Assembly: GCA_037447605.1 (NCBI GenBank)
Contig: JBBHKD010000036.1
Location: 1 to 7,184 of the forward strand
Reading direction: 5' to 3'
Source of the DNA: Zygnema circumcarinatum SAG 698-1b
Lineage: Eukaryota; Plantae; Zygnematophyceae
DNA length: 7,184 nucleotides
The notes beneath the pieces are model-generated. The model saw only the letters and a list, made by a program, of their open reading frames with translations, searched no databases and was not told where the DNA came from. Below are positions 5,420 to 7,184 of this stretch, piece after piece. The translations under genes were made by a program, and so were the position numbers. Positions within the stretch are counted from its first letter, which is position 1. Each line of letters begins with the position of its first letter.

Positions 5420-6409
5420 TGTTGGTGGAGGGACTCCTCCACTGCTGCCGGCTTCTCCACTCGCATCACCTTTCATCGGAGTTCGCGTTCCAATCGATGA
5501 TGACATTTCCCAAACTCTCACATTCACTCATAGCCCATTTTACTCACAGAGTGAACCTCTCAGAATATGCACAGCGGAATAACAGAGAGAAAAGGATAGA
5601 GAAAAAGCTCTACTAAAAACTCCTCTAATACAATCTTATCAACACAAATGAGAGACCCTCTCAAATAGCCCAATAAACTCAAAAAGCCCACTACCTCAAG
5701 TAAAGACAAAGAAACAGAATGCTCAAAGAACACGGAAAGACGCCTCGTAGTTCACAATAAATTTCACGCTGATAACGGTTAAAGATTAACAACCAAACAA
5801 AACAACACACTATATACGATGTCACAACATCCGTGACACTACCATGTTACTTAAGTTCACAACATCAAGCAATGACCCGCAGTGGCCCTATCCCGCATCC
5901 TCATCCCGCGCCTGCCGGATCCTCGCTGTCACACGGACCCCGTGACGTTCGCCGCATCCGACCGCCTTCTGCTAATCGCACGCCTTGCGCCGTAGATCTG
6001 ACCCGCTTCCAAGATCGGGCGCGACGCTACAAACTCCGGGCCGCTGCCGACGCCAATCGGCTATCCGACGCCGCCCGCAATGATGAATCGCTACGCCGGC
6101 TATTTTGACGCCGCATCAAGGCCAAGTCCTAATCGCTCAATCTGTGCGTCACGCCGCTGCCGCTACTTCGATTCGCGGTGTATTCGCCGCGCCAATTCTT
6201 TCACTACCCGCTGCCGCCGTCCGCCGCCACGCCGTTTCTTCGATTGCCGCGTCAGCTCGCCGGCTTCGACCAGTGCCGCCTCTTTCCACTCCCACTAAAT
6301 GTCCGCATCAGCCATACCAACTTAGCGCCAAGACCGCCAAGGAAACACACAACACAAACACACAAAACTAATGTTCCAACAAAAGCATGCTAACTATCAT
6401 ACACTAACA
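5420..6409 (-). mobile_element. 3' LTR (990 bp) of a Ty1/Copia element
   Basis: TGTTAGTG...CACCAACA termini on the minus strand, directly preceded by a PPT and the pol stop codon. Three blocks are near-identical to the solo LTR. Predicted TSD is CTTAG (5415-5419); the other copy lies outside the window. Confidence 0.95.
5811..5816 (-). promoter_or_regulatory. Candidate LTR TATA box (TATATA)
   Basis: Conserved exactly between the two LTR copies, at a plausible U3/R position. Confidence 0.45.
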
Positions 6410-6421
6410 ATCCCCCTCTTT
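6410..6421 (-). other. Polypurine tract AAAGAGGGGGAT
   Basis: Lies between the pol stop (TAG, 6431-6429) and the LTR start TG (6409). Confidence 0.9.
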
Positions 6422-6428
6422 GGAACTT

Positions 6429-7184
6429 CTAGTTTTGCGCGGGCCCCAGCCCAATCAACCTGCAGTTGACTAATAGTGTTTCCCCGCTAGCCCCCTTTGT
6501 TAGCATGTCTGCGGCTTGCTCCTTGGTGCCTACGAACTTCACCTCAATCAGGCCCTCCTCGACCAACTCCGGTACGTAATGGTACTGCACTCGAATGTGC
6601 TTGGTCCTCTTGTGGAACACCGGGTTCCCCACCAGGGCAATCGATGATTGATTGTCGGTAAATAAAGTGATCGGATGTTGGTCCCTTTTGCATTCCCCAA
6701 AGAACTGCAAGAGCCAAACTCCTTCCTTCGAAGCATGACAAGCACCCATGTACTCGCCTTCCGTGCTCGATAACGCCACCGAGTCCTGCAACTTGGAACT
6801 CCATGAAATCAGCCCTCCATTCAGTAAACGAAACCCGGTCGAGCGCGACGTGACGTATTATCTCCCTCCCAATCGAAATCAGATACCAATCACCTCGTTG
6901 GCCCTCTCATACCATTCCATAATCGAAGGCCCCTTCACATATCTGAAAATCCTCTTCACGGCCTCCCAATGCTCGAGGCCCGGATTCTCCATGAATCGGC
7001 TGGCCGAGCTCACCGCTTTCGCCAAGTCCGGACGCGTTCCGATCATCAAGTACATTAGACTCCCAATCGCGGATCTGTATGGCACTCCGAACATCTTCTG
7101 TGCCTCCGCATCCGACGAAGGTGACATCTCCTTCGAAGCCTAGTGCCGACTTCCATGGGCCGGAACACGGCCCAGCATCCTCCA
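6429..7184 (-). pseudogene. pol: Ty1/Copia pol, C-terminal RT plus RNase H, frameshifted; continues beyond the window
   Basis: VPYRSAIGSLMYLMIGTRPDLAKAVS..SRFMENPG..HWEAVKRIFRYVKG, then SDFDWEGD (DFDWEGD 6880-6860, shifted frame), GGLISWSSKLQDSVALSSTEGEY, TDNQSSIAL..NPVFHKRTKHI..YH and EQAADMLTK. These are Copia RT/RNase H signatures split over several frames by small indels. Confidence 0.97.

Noticed and set aside
5833-6393. Arg/Ala/Pro-rich ORFs in the LTR, and similar ones at 2771-3335
   Set aside because: Expected stop-poor frames in GC-rich U3 repeats; no evidence of coding.
6748-7143. 131-aa plus-strand ORF
   Set aside because: Antisense shadow of the Copia RT region.

Overview
Eukaryotic, transposon-dense, non-genic window, most likely from a plant or streptophyte genome (inferred from the element types). 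It is a draft scaffold with three 10-N gaps at 1114-1123, 1239-1248 and 2219-2228. In order it contains: two adjacent MITE-like inverted-repeat elements (360-516, 530-648); a telomere-like array grading into a 9-bp CCGTACTAG satellite (726-817); a Ty1/Copia solo LTR (942-1438, minus strand) with a perfect GGTAC target-site duplication inside a (CGATA)n repeat; the 3' end of a related plus-strand LTR element (open frame, PPT, about 1-kb LTR, 2230-~3685); a decayed restriction-like-endonuclease (CRE-like) non-LTR retrotransposon 3' part (minus, ~4425-5365); and the 3' end of a Copia element (3' LTR 5420-6409, PPT, frameshifted RT/RNase H). No host protein-coding gene, RNA gene or CRISPR array is supported. 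The most interesting observations are a mosaic solo LTR, an apparently RT-deleted but in-frame Copia ORF, and strong clustering of CCGTAC/GTAC motifs carried by particular elements. All alignments were done by eye.
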